Assembly: GCA_014905635.1 (NCBI GenBank)
Contig: JABVCE010000012.1
Location: forward strand, 868,001-932,000
DNA: 64,000 nucleotides
Direction of reading: 5' to 3'
Source of the DNA: Scenedesmus sp. PABB004
Taxonomy: Eukaryota
Below the pieces are notes generated by a model. That model was not told the DNA's origin. It was given only the letters and a program-made list of their open reading frames with translations, and did not search any database. A program made the translations under genes and the position numbers. Positions 1-12,224 of this stretch are shown piece after piece (position 1 is the first letter of the stretch; every line of letters begins with the position of its first letter).

Positions 1-5
1 CGCAG

Positions 6-176
6 GCACGCCGACATCCGCGCGGCCACGTTTGCCAAGGTGCTGTCGGTGGCCGAGGCGTATGTGCGCGAGAGCAAGGCGCTGCTGCTGCGCGCGAGCC
101 TGCTGAAGCACGACGTCGTGCAGCGCGGCGCCGGCGGCGGCGCGGCCGTGGCGGCGGCGGCGGCGGCAGCGGCCCG

Positions 177-218
<42 letters not shown>

Positions 219-363
219 AGCGGGCCGGGCAAGCGCGGCGACGGGCACGGCGCGCGTCGCGCGGAGCGCGCGGCGCGCTTCGGCGGCGGCGGGCACGGCG
301 GCTTTGGCGAGCGCGCGCTCGGGCGGCACCACCACGCCGACATGCACGACTGACACGACCTAA
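6..363 (+). CDS. 3'-terminal exon of an unidentified gene entering from the left edge
   Basis: Acceptor-like cgcag at 1-5, then HADIRAATFAKVLSVAEAYVRESKALLLRASLLKHDVVQ with GC3-rich codons, a poly-Ala tail and TAA at 361-363. Family not recognised. Confidence 0.6.
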
Positions 364-868
364 TCCGCGGCGCGGGCGCGCGGCGCCGTGTGCAGTTGGG
401 GGCCTGTGCTGCGCGCCGGCGCTCGCAGTGACGCCCAGGCCCCGGTCTGCGGCCGCCGCCGGCGAAGCGATCGCGGGCAGACAACGACGCGCGACCCGCG
501 GTGACTGACTATACCAAAGTGATGGGGTCCGTGTTTGCGCCGTAGGCGCTTGTTCACCCCTGGTAACGCCCTTCTTCCCGCGACCCGCGGTGACGCCGCC
601 GCTCTCGCCGCGCCCTCGCGCCGCGTGGTGTGGGCTGCGTGCGACGGCCTGTGCGTCCCCTGCCGTATGTGCGCACCTCTGAGGCCGTCGCTGGCGCCCG
701 GGAGCGCCTGGCGTGGAGTGATGAAGGGCGTCGTGAACTCGCGCGCGGGATGTCGGCGCCGCCGCAGCAGCAGCAGCAGCCGGCGCCATCACGGCCGCAG
801 CTCACAAGAGATCTACCTTCGTGTTGCACCTGTTGCGACGCGCGAATGGCTCCCGGGGAGCCAATTCT

Positions 869-873
869 TGTAA
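869..873 (+). promoter_or_regulatory. Candidate chlorophyte polyadenylation signal TGTAA
   Basis: TGTAA in an AT-richer patch ~500 nt after the stop at 363. UGUAA is the established chlorophyte poly(A) signal. Confidence 0.35.
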
Positions 874-1110
874 CAATGTTCTTCACGGCCTCCAGCCGTC
901 CACCGGCCACCGCCGCGCGAGCGCACCCCGCCTATTCCGACTCGATAGCCCGCCACTAGTCCGACTCGCGAGGCCTGGGCCCGCGGCTCCCGCGCGTAGC
1001 ACACCTCCCGGCGGCCGCTCCCGGCAGGCCGACAGCGCGCAAAGCGGCCGCGCCCGCTGCACGCACCGCGCGCCGAGCTCACCCGTGACCGCCTAGAACG
1101 CGGCCCGGCC

Positions 1111-4100
1111 ATGCGCGCCCGCGCGGCAGCGCTGCAGTGGGCGGTGTGGGCCGTCGCCGCCGTTCTCTTCGCCGCCGGCGGCGCCGACGCCTGCCGCTGC
1201 ACCAGCTACGACGTTGCTAGCGTGGAGGAGTGGCTCTGCGCGCCCTGCGACCTGGGCGCGACGGACACGGCCACGCCCGACGCGGCGTGCGTGACCGCCG
1301 GCGCGGAGTGGCGCACCGCGTCCTGCATGCTCAAGTACCGCTGGGACCAGCTCGTGGCCGCCCAGGGCTTCAACTCGAGCGTGGACTACATCCAGATCGG
1401 CGCCGACGACCGCGCGGTCAAGGTGCGCGCTGCTGCGCCGTGCTGTGCGCTGAGCGCGCGCCCGCGCGCGCCGACGCCCCCGGCCGGCGCGCGACGCCGC
1501 CGCCCCCGCGCGACGCCGCCGCCCCCGCGCGCCCGCGTGCGCCGCAGCTGTACAAGGACAACGTCAAGTGCCTTTGCGCGGCGTACGGGCTCAACGGCAC
1601 CGCGGTCACGCTCACGCAGCCCGCCGTGACGATGGCCGCAAAGTGCGAGCCGGCGTGCCGCAGCCGCGGCGCGGCGTCGGCGCCGCACGCTTCAGCGCTG
1701 CCGGGCCTGGCGCGGCAACGCCGCGCGCGCCGCGCCGCCGGCGCGCCCCACAGGAACCCCAAGGCCGGCTGCCCCGCCAAGGGCAACCGCGGCGCTGACG
1801 ACGCCTGCGAGCTCGGCACGTGGCGCGTCGGCGGCGCCGGCAACCTGACCGGGCTGACTGCCTGCGGCTGCACCGACTGCTGGGGCCGCTGCGACATGAC
1901 GACCACCGGCACCTGCCCCACGTCCAGCTGCATGGCCAACATGCTCGGCACGGAGGAGAACAACTGCCCCAACAGCGCCAACGTGAGCGGGGGCGCCGCT
2001 GGCAGCGTTGGCTGCGGGGGCGGCTGCGGCAGCAGCGCCTGCCGCACAAGGCTCCCGGCGGCCCCGTTCACCGCCCGCTCGCGCCCCGCCCGCCCGCCCG
2101 CAGTGCCCCGTGGCCGGCAAGGGCGCCACGTGCGAGAAGATCCTCGCCAGCTGCTCCGGCAACAAGTGCCTCGGCACGGTCAAGTGCGGCAACGGCTTTG
2201 ACTGCGGCGCGTGGCAGGGCGTCGCGTTCTTCTTCGACGGCGCCAGCAACAACTGGAAGGTCTGCTCCTCGGCCGCCTGCGCGGGCGGGCCCGACCCCGT
2301 GCTCACTGACGAGCCGGAGACGTGCAGCCTGCCGACCTGGTACGGCTACGCCCTGCCCAACATCGCGGGCGTCGCCTACACGGCGCCGGCGTGCACCAAG
2401 GCCGACAACACCGCGTGCACCAACTGCGTCGGCAGCTGCTGCCTCGACGACGGCAAGTGGTGAGCTGCCGCGGCCGGCGGCACCGCCGCCAGCAGCTGGC
2501 CGGCGCCTGCGCGGCGCGCACGCGCGCGGCGCGCACGACCGTACCCGCCCGTCGCTGACCCCCCTCTGCGCTGCACGCGCGCGCGGCCTGCAGCCCCTTC
2601 ACCAGCTGCGCCGCGAGCGGCCTCGGGACGGAGGAAGGCCTCTGCGGCGCCGGCAACAGGTGAGCGCGGGGCGCCACGCCCCTGTGTGTGGCCGGGACCA
2701 GCCCCGAAGCCTTCCCACGCTGAGGCGCTGAGCCAACTCCCCTGTGCTGCCTGCTGCCTGCCTCGCAGGAAGCGGTGCCCGGCGCCCGACGGCGAGTGCG
2801 CGCTCGCGGTGACCAACTGCGTGCCGACCAGCACCGTGCCCTGCCTTGGCAAGATTGAGTGCCCACAGAACAAGGCCTGCCCGGGCTGGGAGGGCTCGCC
2901 GTGCCTGAGGATTGACAACGCCGTGAGTGCGCAGCAGGCCCGCGGCCGGCGCCGCGCCGCGCAGCCAGCACAGCTGCGCGCTGCCGCGCGGCCGGCGGGC
3001 CGCCGCGCCGCGCGTAGCGCGCTGAGCCGCCCGCCCGCCCGCCCGCCCGCCCGCCGCCCGCCCGCCCGCCCGCCCGCCCGCCCGCCCGCCCGCCCGCCCG
3101 CCGCCGCCCGCCCGCCCGCCCGCCCGCCCGCCCGCGCCCGCCGCCCGCCCGCCCGCCCGCCCACCTGGCTGCTGCAGCCGAAGCGGTGGAAGGCGTGCTG
3201 GGACCCCGCGTGCGACGCCGCGACGGGCGACGCCGCCAACAAGGTGACCGACGACGACCCCTGCTCCGGCAAGGTCAGCAAGGTCGGCAGCGCGAGCGAC
3301 CCCTGCGTGTACCCGATGTGGCGCTGGAGCGCCGCGGCCACCAATTTCTCGCAGCGCGGCTACGTAGGGCGATGCGCGACGCCCGGTGCAAACGGCTGCG
3401 TGGGCAACTGTGATGGCCTGGGGGCCCCCTGCCCGAGCAGCAGCTGCCACGCAAACGCCCTGGGCGACGTGGAGATCAACTGTCCGCACAGCGCCAACTG
3501 GTGCGATGGCGGCATGCCCTCGCGCTGCGCAGCGCGCCATGCCTGGGCCGGGCCGCGCGGCGCGGCGCGGCGCGACGCGCTTGGCGCGCGGCGCAGCCGC
3601 CCTGAGCCGGACACGCGCGCGGCGGCCGCCGCCGCCGCCGGCACACGACGCGCAGCCCCGTGAAGCCCTCGGGCTCCGCGACCATCACCTGCGACGTGGG
3701 CGCGTGCTCCGGCCCCCACTGCCTCGGCTTCCTCAGCTGCTCCACGCCGGCCGACTGCATCAAGGGCAGTGGGCCCTCCCAGGTCAACTTCAACGGCGTG
3801 ACCTGCTTCATGGACGGTGCGGCGCCGCCGGGCGCCAGGCGCCAGCCTCGCGGCCGCCCGCGCGCAGCCCCGGCCGGCGCCTGCGCGCGCGGGCGCACGC
3901 TCGTGACGCAGCGCCCCTGCGCCGCGCGGGGGGCCTCTGCTCGCAGGCGTCTCCGGCAACTTCAAAATCTGCACCTCCCCTGCGTGCAACGCCGCCCTGG
4001 GGATCGCCTCCCGCATGGCGCCCGCGCCCCGCACGCAGACGCCCGGCAAGGGCCGCGGCCGGCCGCGCGGCCTGCTCACCGCCGGCGGCGCGTCCGCCGC

Positions 4101-7100
4101 GCTCGGCGCGGCGGGGCCGCGCCCGGCGGGCCGCGCGCTGCTGACCAACCCCAACCCCAACGCGAGCAAGGGCCGCGGCCACGGGCGCAAGTTTGCCAAG
4201 CTCACGCGCACGCTGGGCAAGGGCGACATGGACAAGGCCTGCTCCAACGCCGGCGACATGCCGTCGCTCGAGGAGCTCGGCGGCGAGGGCTTCCTGCGCA
4301 CCGTGGCGCTGCGGCTGTCGGTGCTCAAGGACCGCGTCGAGAACAAGGCCTGTGAGGACGCGGGCCTGCCCGTCACCTACCTCGACGAGCTGGTGCGCGC
4401 ACCGCCCGCCCGCCACCTACTCGCTCTGACCGCACGGGCGGCCGCCTGGCCCGGCCGGCACAGCGGCCCGCCAGCAGCCCAGCACGCCCACCGCGTCGCC
4501 GCCGCCGCCGCGCGCAGGCGCTGACCAACACCGCCAACCCGGAGTGCAACTGCCAGAGCGCGATGACGCTGCTGGAGATGATGGACGCTGACCTGGCGGA
4601 CGTGCAGCTGACCATGACGGCGCAGGTCTCGGCCGACCTCGGCCTGCCCATGGAGTGGTGCGCGTACTGCGCGGAGGCCTTTGAGCAGCTGCAGCTCGCC
4701 GGCTTCGCCGGCCGCCGCCGGCTGCTGACCGGCACGACGACCGTCATCGACGCGACAAACCCGGCCAACAACGGCACCTGCCTCGTGCGCGCGCGCGCGC
4801 GCGCGGCCGCCGTGCGAGGCGGGGTCCCTGCGCCAGCGCGCGCCGCCCACCGCGCCGCGCACCGCCCGCAGGTCGTGCAAAACGCGCCGTCCACCTTCAC
4901 CCTGCCCACGATCGCGAGCGTGAGCACCTCGCTGGCCCTCATCCTCACGCCCAGCGCGACCGAGCTGGTGGGCACCGCCATCACCGTCACCGCGACCTAC
5001 CAGGAGGCCACCGGCACCAACGCGCTCGCGCCCGTGGCCGGCCAGACGATCACCTTCACCGTCAGCAGCGGCAGCCCGGCCCAGGTCACCGCCGTCACCG
5101 ACATCAACGGCATTGCCACGGCGACGGTGACCCGCGCCACGCCCGTCACCCTCACCGTCATTGCCTCGACCGCCGACAGCTCCGGCAACGCGGCAACATC
5201 CGCCCCGGCGACTCTCACCTGGTACTCGCTGGTCTACACGGTGCTGCAGCCCAGCAGGACGGTGGGGCAGACCTCGTCAGTGTCGGCATCGCTCAACTGC
5301 GGCAGCAGCCCCGCGCCGGGCGCCACCATCACGTTCACGTTCAAGCTGCCCAACTCCAACACCGTGGTCGCCGCCCAGACCTGCACGTGCGTCACGGACG
5401 CGACCGGCGCCTGCACCGCCACTGTGCCCGCGAGCGCCACGGCCGTGGTTTACAATGCGTTTGCTGCCACGAGCAACGTCTGCAGCGGCACCAACTCCGT
5501 CACCGGCTCGCTGACCAACGGCAGCCCCCCGGACGTCACCTGGGTGACAGCGCCGGCGCCTCCGCCGGGCCCCAACCCGCCCAACCTGCCCCCGGGGCCG
5601 ACGCCTCCCGGCCCTACGCCGTCGCCTGGGCCTACGCCGCCGGCTAGCCCTGCACCGCCCAACTCGCCGCCCCCGGCGCTGCCGTCGCCCAGCCCCGCGC
5701 CCCCGGTGGTGGTGCCGCCGCCGTCGCCCAAGCCGGTGGTCTCCCCGGCGCCCACGCCGTCGCCTGCGCCTGGCCCTGACCCGGAGCTGGGCCTGGTGCT
5801 GGTGCTGGTGCCCAGCGCCCGCGAGCCTGTGCGCACGACCGTTACCGTGTCGGCCACACTCACCTCGGGCGGCGCGGCCGTGGCGAGCAGCGGCGTGCGC
5901 TTTGCCGTTGACTACGACGACGGCACCAGCGCCACGCCGTCGCGCACCACCTCCGCGAGCGGTGTGGCTACCCTGGACCTGGTCCGCGACGTGCCGCGCA
6001 CCGCAACCGTGACCGCGTCTGCGGCTGTCGATGGCAAGCCGGTGTCCTCGACGGCGGTCAGCATCGAGTGGTACGTGGATCCGATCGACCCCACCGGCAC
6101 TGATGAGCTGATGCTGTCGGTGCTGGACCCGCTGGTGCCCGTGGGCGACAGGGCGGCCGTGCAGTGCTTCTACACCGTCGACGGCAAGGCCGTCGCGGGC
6201 GCGCAGGTCTCCTTCAGCCTGTCCGACCCCAACACCGGTGCGCCGGCGGGCCGCACCTACTCGGCCCTCACGGACGACCTGGGCGTGGCGCGCGTGAGCG
6301 TGGACGCCAGCGACGTGCCCCTGGTGCGCAACGCCGCCTGCTCGACGACCAACAGCCGCGGCAGCATCGTGAAGCACACGCTCAACCCCGGGAGCCTGCC
6401 CTCCATCACCTGGGTGGACCAGCGGCTGACCATCTCCCCCGACAACGTGCGCCTGCCGCTCGGCACGCCCTCCACCGTCTGCGCCGAGTACACCGAGGGC
6501 GGCTCCGTGGCGGGCCGCACCATCACGTTTGCGGTCGTGTGGGCCGGCGGCGCCAAGGCGTCGCTCACCGGCACCACCGACGCGAGCGGCCGGGCCTGCG
6601 TGCCGCTCAGCAGGGACGCCACCACCGACGACTCTGCGACCGTGCGCGCGACCACGACCAGCACGCGCAACAAGCCCGTGTCGTCGGTGTCTGTCGGCGC
6701 GGGCGCCAGCCCCGACGCCAGCTTCACCACCATCACCTGGTACCCGCCCGGCGGCGAGGAGCTCATCCTGTCGGTGCTGGAGCCGCTCGTGTCGGTGGGC
6801 GAGCCCGCGACGGTGCAGGCGCTGTACCGCGTCAACGGCCAGCCCAAGCCCAACGTGCCCATCAGCTTCCAGCTTGTCAACCCCGAGTCGCTCGCGCCCG
6901 AGGGGCCGATCTATTCTGGCATCACCAACCAGCAGGGCATCGCGATTGTGCAGGTCGCGGGCAGCAAGGCGGTGACGCTGAAGCTGGTCTCCGCGTCCAC
7001 GCAGAGCAGGGGCAGCGGGCTGCCGCTGACGGCCTACCTGGAGCCGGCCAGCCCCAACGCCATCCGCTGGGCAGCCGAGACGCTGGTGCTGACGCTCAAG

Positions 7101-8801
7101 CCCTCGGCGCGGGTGCCCATCAACACGCGCGTGTCCCTGTCCGCGACCTACAAGGAGGGCGCCGCGGTGCGCGGCCAGGCCATCACCTTTGCCATCACCT
7201 ACACCGACGGCACCAAGGACAGCCAGACCGCCGTCACGGGCGCCGGCGGCGTCGCGACCATCGTGCTGGTGCAGCCCAAGGCCGTGATCGCGACCGTGAC
7301 CGCGCGCACCACCAGCAGCCGGGGCGTGGCCGTCAGCTCTGTGTCGCAGGGCGACGGCGCCGCCGACAAGGGCGGGTCCAGCCGCGTGGAGTGGTTTGGC
7401 GCCGGCCCCGAGCCGCTGCTGGCGCTCTCCCTCGTGCCCGACGCGCGCGTGCCGGTCAAGACCACGATCACCGTGTCTGCGCTCTACACCGAGGGCGGCA
7501 AGCCCGTGCCGCGCCGGCCCATTGCCTTCACGTTCACCTTTGCCGACGGCACCACGCGCCTCGTGCGGGGCCGCACCAACGTGCAGGGCCGCGCCAAGGC
7601 GAGTGTGGTCCGCCCCGACGTGATCACGGCCGAGGTCACCGCGGCGACCACGTCCACGGCCGGGCGCCCCGTGTCGTCGACCGACAACTCGGCCGCGCCC
7701 AATGGCGGCAAGGCGCAGCTCTCGTGGTTCACCAACCTCACGACCGCGAGCATGCAGATGTCGCTGCTGCTCACCAAGGCCCTGGGCATCGTGGACCTGT
7801 CCTGTGCCTCGCTGTCGCGCGGCAGCCTGGGCACCGCGCTGGCGGGCGGCGTGCGCGACGACGTGTCCCGCCGCGCTGCCGCTCTCACCAAGCGCGCGAC
7901 GGCCAGCCACCAGGTCAACAGCACCACGAGCCAGTGCGTCGACAAGGTGAGGGCTGCTGCCGGGAGCGGGGCTGGCGCGTGAGCGCCCGCCGTGGAGTGC
8001 CAGCCCTCTGCCTGCTCTGCGCAGCACGCGCAGTGCCCTCCTCCTGCTCTCACACGCTGCTGCCCTGCCGCGCCGCGCTGCCCGCGCCACCCGCAGGGCC
8101 CCGCCGGCGTGGAGGTCTGCTTCACTGTGACCTTTGACGGCGTCACTGCTGACTTTGCCAACGTGCAGCTGCCTCAGATCACCAAGGACGTCACGTCGCA
8201 GCTCACGCAGGACACCGCGTGCGGCGCGCTCAACCGGACCTGCGCCGCGCTGAAGAACCAGCTCGTCAGCATCGGCGGCGCCTGCAGCGCCGCCAGCACC
8301 CAGTGCTGCACAGCGTCGCCCTTCCCCGTCAACCCCAGCGGCGGCGGCGTCTGCCCGCTGGGCCCCGGCGACAGCAAGCCCGCCGCCACGAGCGCCAGCC
8401 TGTGGACCGGCACGGTCGTGCCGGTGCGGGGCGGCAGCTGCACCGTGATGGCGTGCAACGTCCTCAAGGGCGAGGCCTGCTTCCCCTTTGCCGCGGACAT
8501 CACGCAGCAGTCCAAGACCGTCGGCTCCGCCACGGTGTCGTGCGTGGGCGGCAAGGTGGTCGGCTCCTTCACCGCCGCGCCCGGGTTTGCGCTCTCCAAC
8601 GCGCGCGTGCAGTCGGTGTGCGGCGAGGCTCCGACGTACTGCCCCGAGCGCGTAAACAAGCGCAGCAGCGGCGTCACGCCGGTGGCCACGCCGCTGTCCA
8701 ACCCGCTGGCGGTGGCAGGCCTCGGCGTGGAGAGCTGCCTGTGCGAGAGCGGCTGCGCGCCGTTCATTTGGGTCGACGCCGAGGTGGCAGAGGCCTGCTA
8801 G
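1111..8801 (+). CDS. Paralog A: secreted Cys-rich / Big-1-like Ig-repeat protein (~2062 aa, 12 exons)
   Basis: Exons 1111-1422, 1548-1642, 1754-1982, 2104-2459, 2594-2659, 2769-2922, 3178-3500, 3656-3816, 3947-4392, 4518-4784, 4872-7946, 8097-8801. All introns are GT-AG and the exons sum to 6189 nt in frame. Signal peptide MRARAAALQWAVWAVAAVLFAAGGADA; three Cys-rich repeats; 8 ~100-aa repeats with the pattern TVTATY..V.G..ITF..TD..G.AT....TVTA..W; Pro hinge; no TM segment. Confidence 0.85.
3027..3161. repeat. (GCCC)n microsatellite in intron 6 of paralog A
   Basis: Near-perfect gcccgcccgccc tract visible in the sequence. Confidence 0.9.
4890..8798 (+). repeat. Left arm of a ~3.9-kb near-identical inverted repeat (partner ~23691-27931)
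   Basis: The translations of ORF 4563..7982(+) and 24359..29134(-) are almost residue-for-residue identical from LPT.ASVSTSLAL to QCVDK. The last intron and last exon also match. Confidence 0.92.
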
Positions 8802-10157
8802 TCTTTAACCTGGCTTGGCTTGAATTGATGGCGACTTGATCTGCACTGGAGCAGTTGCTAGAGTTCCATCTCCTGGGAGCAGTGCCTTTGACCGTGCTTC
8901 AAGCTCTCTCATGCACTTTGACACCACCACAAAACTTTGCACACTGCCCGGGAGGCGCGCGGCGCGGGTGCCCGCGCTGCGCCCTTCGTCCCCGACGGTT
9001 TGATCGCACGGCTGCGCCGCCGCGCCGCGCCCGACAAGACTTGAGCCTCAGGCGGCACCTGAGCACGCACTGCTGCAGCCTGGCCTGGCAGGGCCTGGGG
9101 CGGGCACTCATTGAATGGCGGCTTCCTCGCCACTCACACACTTTCACACGACACCCCTGAACACGCTGGCAGCCGGAGCCCGGCTCAGCGGCTGGTTTGG
9201 TTTAAAGAGCGCATGCAGGCCGGCGGCCTGCAGCTCCAACAACAACCTGCATTCCTTTTGGCCCAGCGGGCGACGCTGCGCTGCGAGAATCCACACGGTT
9301 GAACGCGAGACCGCACACTGCTGGTTTGGCGAGGCCGGGCGCGCCCACGCGCGCGAACTGCGGCCCCGGCGGCTCAGCACTTGCCCCGGTTGGTGTGTGG
9401 CACGGTACGCGGGCAGCACTTAACTAAAAAACGCCAGACGCCCGCCGACGTGGGCGGTGGGGGGAGCTCCCCACCGCCTCGGAGGCGGCGGCGGCGGCAC
9501 GCGCGGGGGAGCACGCGACAGCAACAAGCTGCACGACGGCTCCGCGCGCTGCACGATGACATGCAGCGCGCGGAGCGCTGGCGCGCCCAGGCCGCCCTGG
9601 CGGCCTGGGCGTTGCCGCGGCGGCGGCGACGGGCACACGACGGGCACGGAGCGCGCGGAGCGCACGGCGCGCTTTTCGCAGCGGCGGCTTGACGGGCGCG
9701 CAGTGTGGTTGCGGCGCATCGATGCGCCCAATATCGGGCGGCATCACACCAAAAATGCATGCCATATGGCTTTTTTTTTCGCGCGCGCGCTCGAGCAAGT
9801 GGCGCACGCGCGCAGGCGGGCGGCTGCGTGTGGCTTTGTGTGCGGGCGACCGGCTCCGCTGCTGCACGCATTGGGGGCCCAACACAACCGCGACAAGCAA
9901 GGGCCACGCTGTTGTTCTGTTTGCGGCTTGGCTCGGGATGCGGCAGAGGGATCCCGGGGGCGGCGGAGGAGGGGACAGGTATTGCAAACGCTGTTCCCTT
10001 CCAACGCAGACGGCCCGCCCGCGCAGCTGCGTCCGCCGCCCGCCCGCGCCGCCGGCCTCGCAACAACGCGCGCGCCGCGAGCCCGCTGCCTCCCGCGCGC
10101 CTGCGGCGGGCGCCGCGCCGTGCCGCCGCCGCCCGGCCTGGAGGTGAGCCGCGGGGC

Positions 10158-11611
10158 TCACGGGCGGTCCTCGGGGTCATCCATGGCCAGCACGAAGAGG
10201 TTGCCCTTGTCGCCGCGGCTGCGTGGGGCGTGCAGGAGGGGGCGTGGGGCGCAGCGGGCGCACGGCGCGCGCGGCGGCGCGGCGAGCCCGCGGGCGCGCG
10301 GGGCGCGCGGGGCGCGGCGCGGCGTGGCGCGGCGCGGCGCGGCGCGGCGCGGCGCGGTGCGGCGCGTGAGCGCGTGCCTGATGCGCAGGTCCTCATCCAG
10401 GTAGGTGATCTCGAGCTCGCCTGCGTCAGGGGCAAGGGTTGAGTCAGTGCCGTCAGCCAATGCCAGGGCCGGCGCGGCCGGGCGCGCGCGCGCGCGCATG
10501 CTCGCGCGGGGCCCGCGCGGCGCCTGCCGCCGGCGGCGCCGCCGCCGCACCGCGCGCCGAGGGCGGGGCGGTGATCGGGATGAGACCGAAGATCTTGAAG
10601 GTCTTGAACTGCGTGTGCCGGTTGTGAGGGTTTAGAGCCAGGGTTGCAGGGTGGACGCTGCCCCCGGCACGACGCGGCGTGCACGCGCTCGACGGCAGCA
10701 GCGCTGCACGCTGCGCCGCGCCCATCACCTGCACGGCGACCTTGGACGGCGACAGCGGCGTGAGCGCCGCCGTCACCTGCGTGCGGCGCGCGGCGCGGCG
10801 CGCGGCTCTGTCGGGGCGGCCCCGCGCACGCGCTCGCGCACGGACCGCGCGTTGGCTGCGCGGGCGGGGCCCGGCACCCCGTCCCCAGCCCCCACCCCCA
10901 CACACCTGGTTGTACAACGGTGAGGTCTCGCGGTTGGCTGCCGTAAGGTTTTGGCCGTCTGTCGGCGGGCGCGGCGCGCGCGCGCGGCTCGGCGCGGGGC
11001 CGGCGCCGCCAGACGGCCGCGCCCCGCCCCGAGCCCCGCCCCGCCCGCGCGCACCGCGGCCGCCGCGCGCGCGCCCGCGCCCGCGGCCCGCGCGCGCCCT
11101 GCAGTCGCCGCGCGGCGCGCGCCGCGCCTGCGGCTCACCCAGGAGCTGGTAGATGGGGCCGGAGGGCCGCAGGAGCGCGGGCTTGCTGGACCCCAGGATG
11201 GAGCCGCTGGTCGTGTAGAGCAGGCGCCAGCGGCCGCTCAGCAGCGGGCTCTCGAGCGGCCGGCGCGTGGGGTTGAGCCGCTCGAGCGCACCCGCGGCCG
11301 CCTCGACCTCCGCGGCATCCGACGGGCCCGCCGCGAGGCCGCGCTTGAGCGGCGCAATGAGGCCCAGCAGCTGCGGCGGCGGCGGTGCAGGGGGGTGTGT
11401 GCCGGCGGAGCTGCCCGGCGGCGGGGGCGGCTGCGCCGCCCGCGCCGCCAAGCCGCACGTCCTCCTTAAGCTGCTCCCGCTGCTCGGACGCCTGGCCGCC
11501 GCCAAAGGTGGGCAGCTTGAGGCCGAACAGCGCGCGCGGCGCCACCAGCGCGCCGCGGCGCCGGCGAGGCGCGGCGCGCGCGGCGCGGGTCGCGCTCGGG
11601 GCGACCTGCAT
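10158..11611 (-). CDS. Plastid lipid-associated protein / PAP-fibrillin (FBN3-like), multi-exon
   Basis: Transit-peptide-like MQVAPSATRAARAAPRRR. Spliced motifs [60 protein letters not shown] are typical of PAP_fibrillin. The last intron is GC-AG (10377-10219). Confidence 0.9.
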
Positions 11612-12219
11612 GGCAGCAGGGACGGGCCTGGCGCGCAGCCGCCAAGCGCGGCGCGTGAGAGCGGGGTGGGCGCGCGGCGCGCCGCAGGCGCGCCGGCTGC
11701 TGAATCCGCGCAGCAGCAGCGGCGCGCTGCAGCGCTGGCGCGGCGTGCGGCCGCTGCCTGCCCACGCGGCATGCTGACGTCGGCGATCGGCGCCGGCGTG
11801 GCGCGCCGCGGGCAGGAGCCGCTCCGCGTCCGCAGAAGCAGCGGCGCACCTGCGGCGCTGCTGCCGTCCAGGCGCCTGCTGCTCAGGCCGCGCGCCCGGC
11901 GCGTGCGATCTGCTGTCGTGCGGAGGGTACGACCGGTCCGGCGGGCTGGACGGGCGACGCGCCCGACGGCGGGCGGCGACGCGCGGCAGCGGCGGCGCTG
12001 TGTGGAGCGGCTGGCGCGCGCGGCGGCTGGCGGCCAGCCTGATGCAGCTGTGCAGCTCGGGGTGTGCGCTGGCGGCCGGCCAGAGATTTGCAGCTCAGCC
12101 AAGCTGCCTCGTGCGGTTCACACAGCCCTGCGCAGCGGGGAGCCCTGCGCACGGCCTGACACCCGCGCGGCGGGTGTGCGTGTATGTCGTTGTTTGCGGT
12201 GGGTGTTGAGTGGGTGTCG

Positions 12220-12224
12220 TTACA
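12220..12224 (-). promoter_or_regulatory. Candidate TGTAA poly(A) signal for paralog B
   Basis: TTACA on + (TGTAA on -), ~1 kb downstream of the stop at 13263. Confidence 0.25.

Noticed and set aside
5550..5780. Calling the cluster genes pherophorins, agglutinins or extensins
   Set aside because: The Pro-rich part is only a short hinge (up to ~80 aa), and no pherophorin or agglutinin globular domain is recognisable.
4563..7982. Bacterial invasin gene, contamination or prokaryotic contig
   Set aside because: The ORF is one exon of a 12-exon spliceosomal gene, and the neighbours are eukaryotic (MON1, Sec14, fibrillin). Ancient HGT of the domain remains open.
5277..8137. Long overlapping and antisense ORFs (e.g. 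5277..8090 -, 6164..8137 +; also 14122..16740 +, 26114..28003 +, 51727..54117 +)
   Set aside because: Arg/Gly/Ala-rich shadow frames expected from extreme GC and GC3 bias. The true frame is identifiable by motifs.
8802..10150. ORFs in the A-fibrillin spacer (and in the spacers 11620-13260 and 21080-23680)
   Set aside because: Low-complexity translations with no coding-like codon bias or motifs; probably UTR or promoter DNA. No RNA gene recognised.
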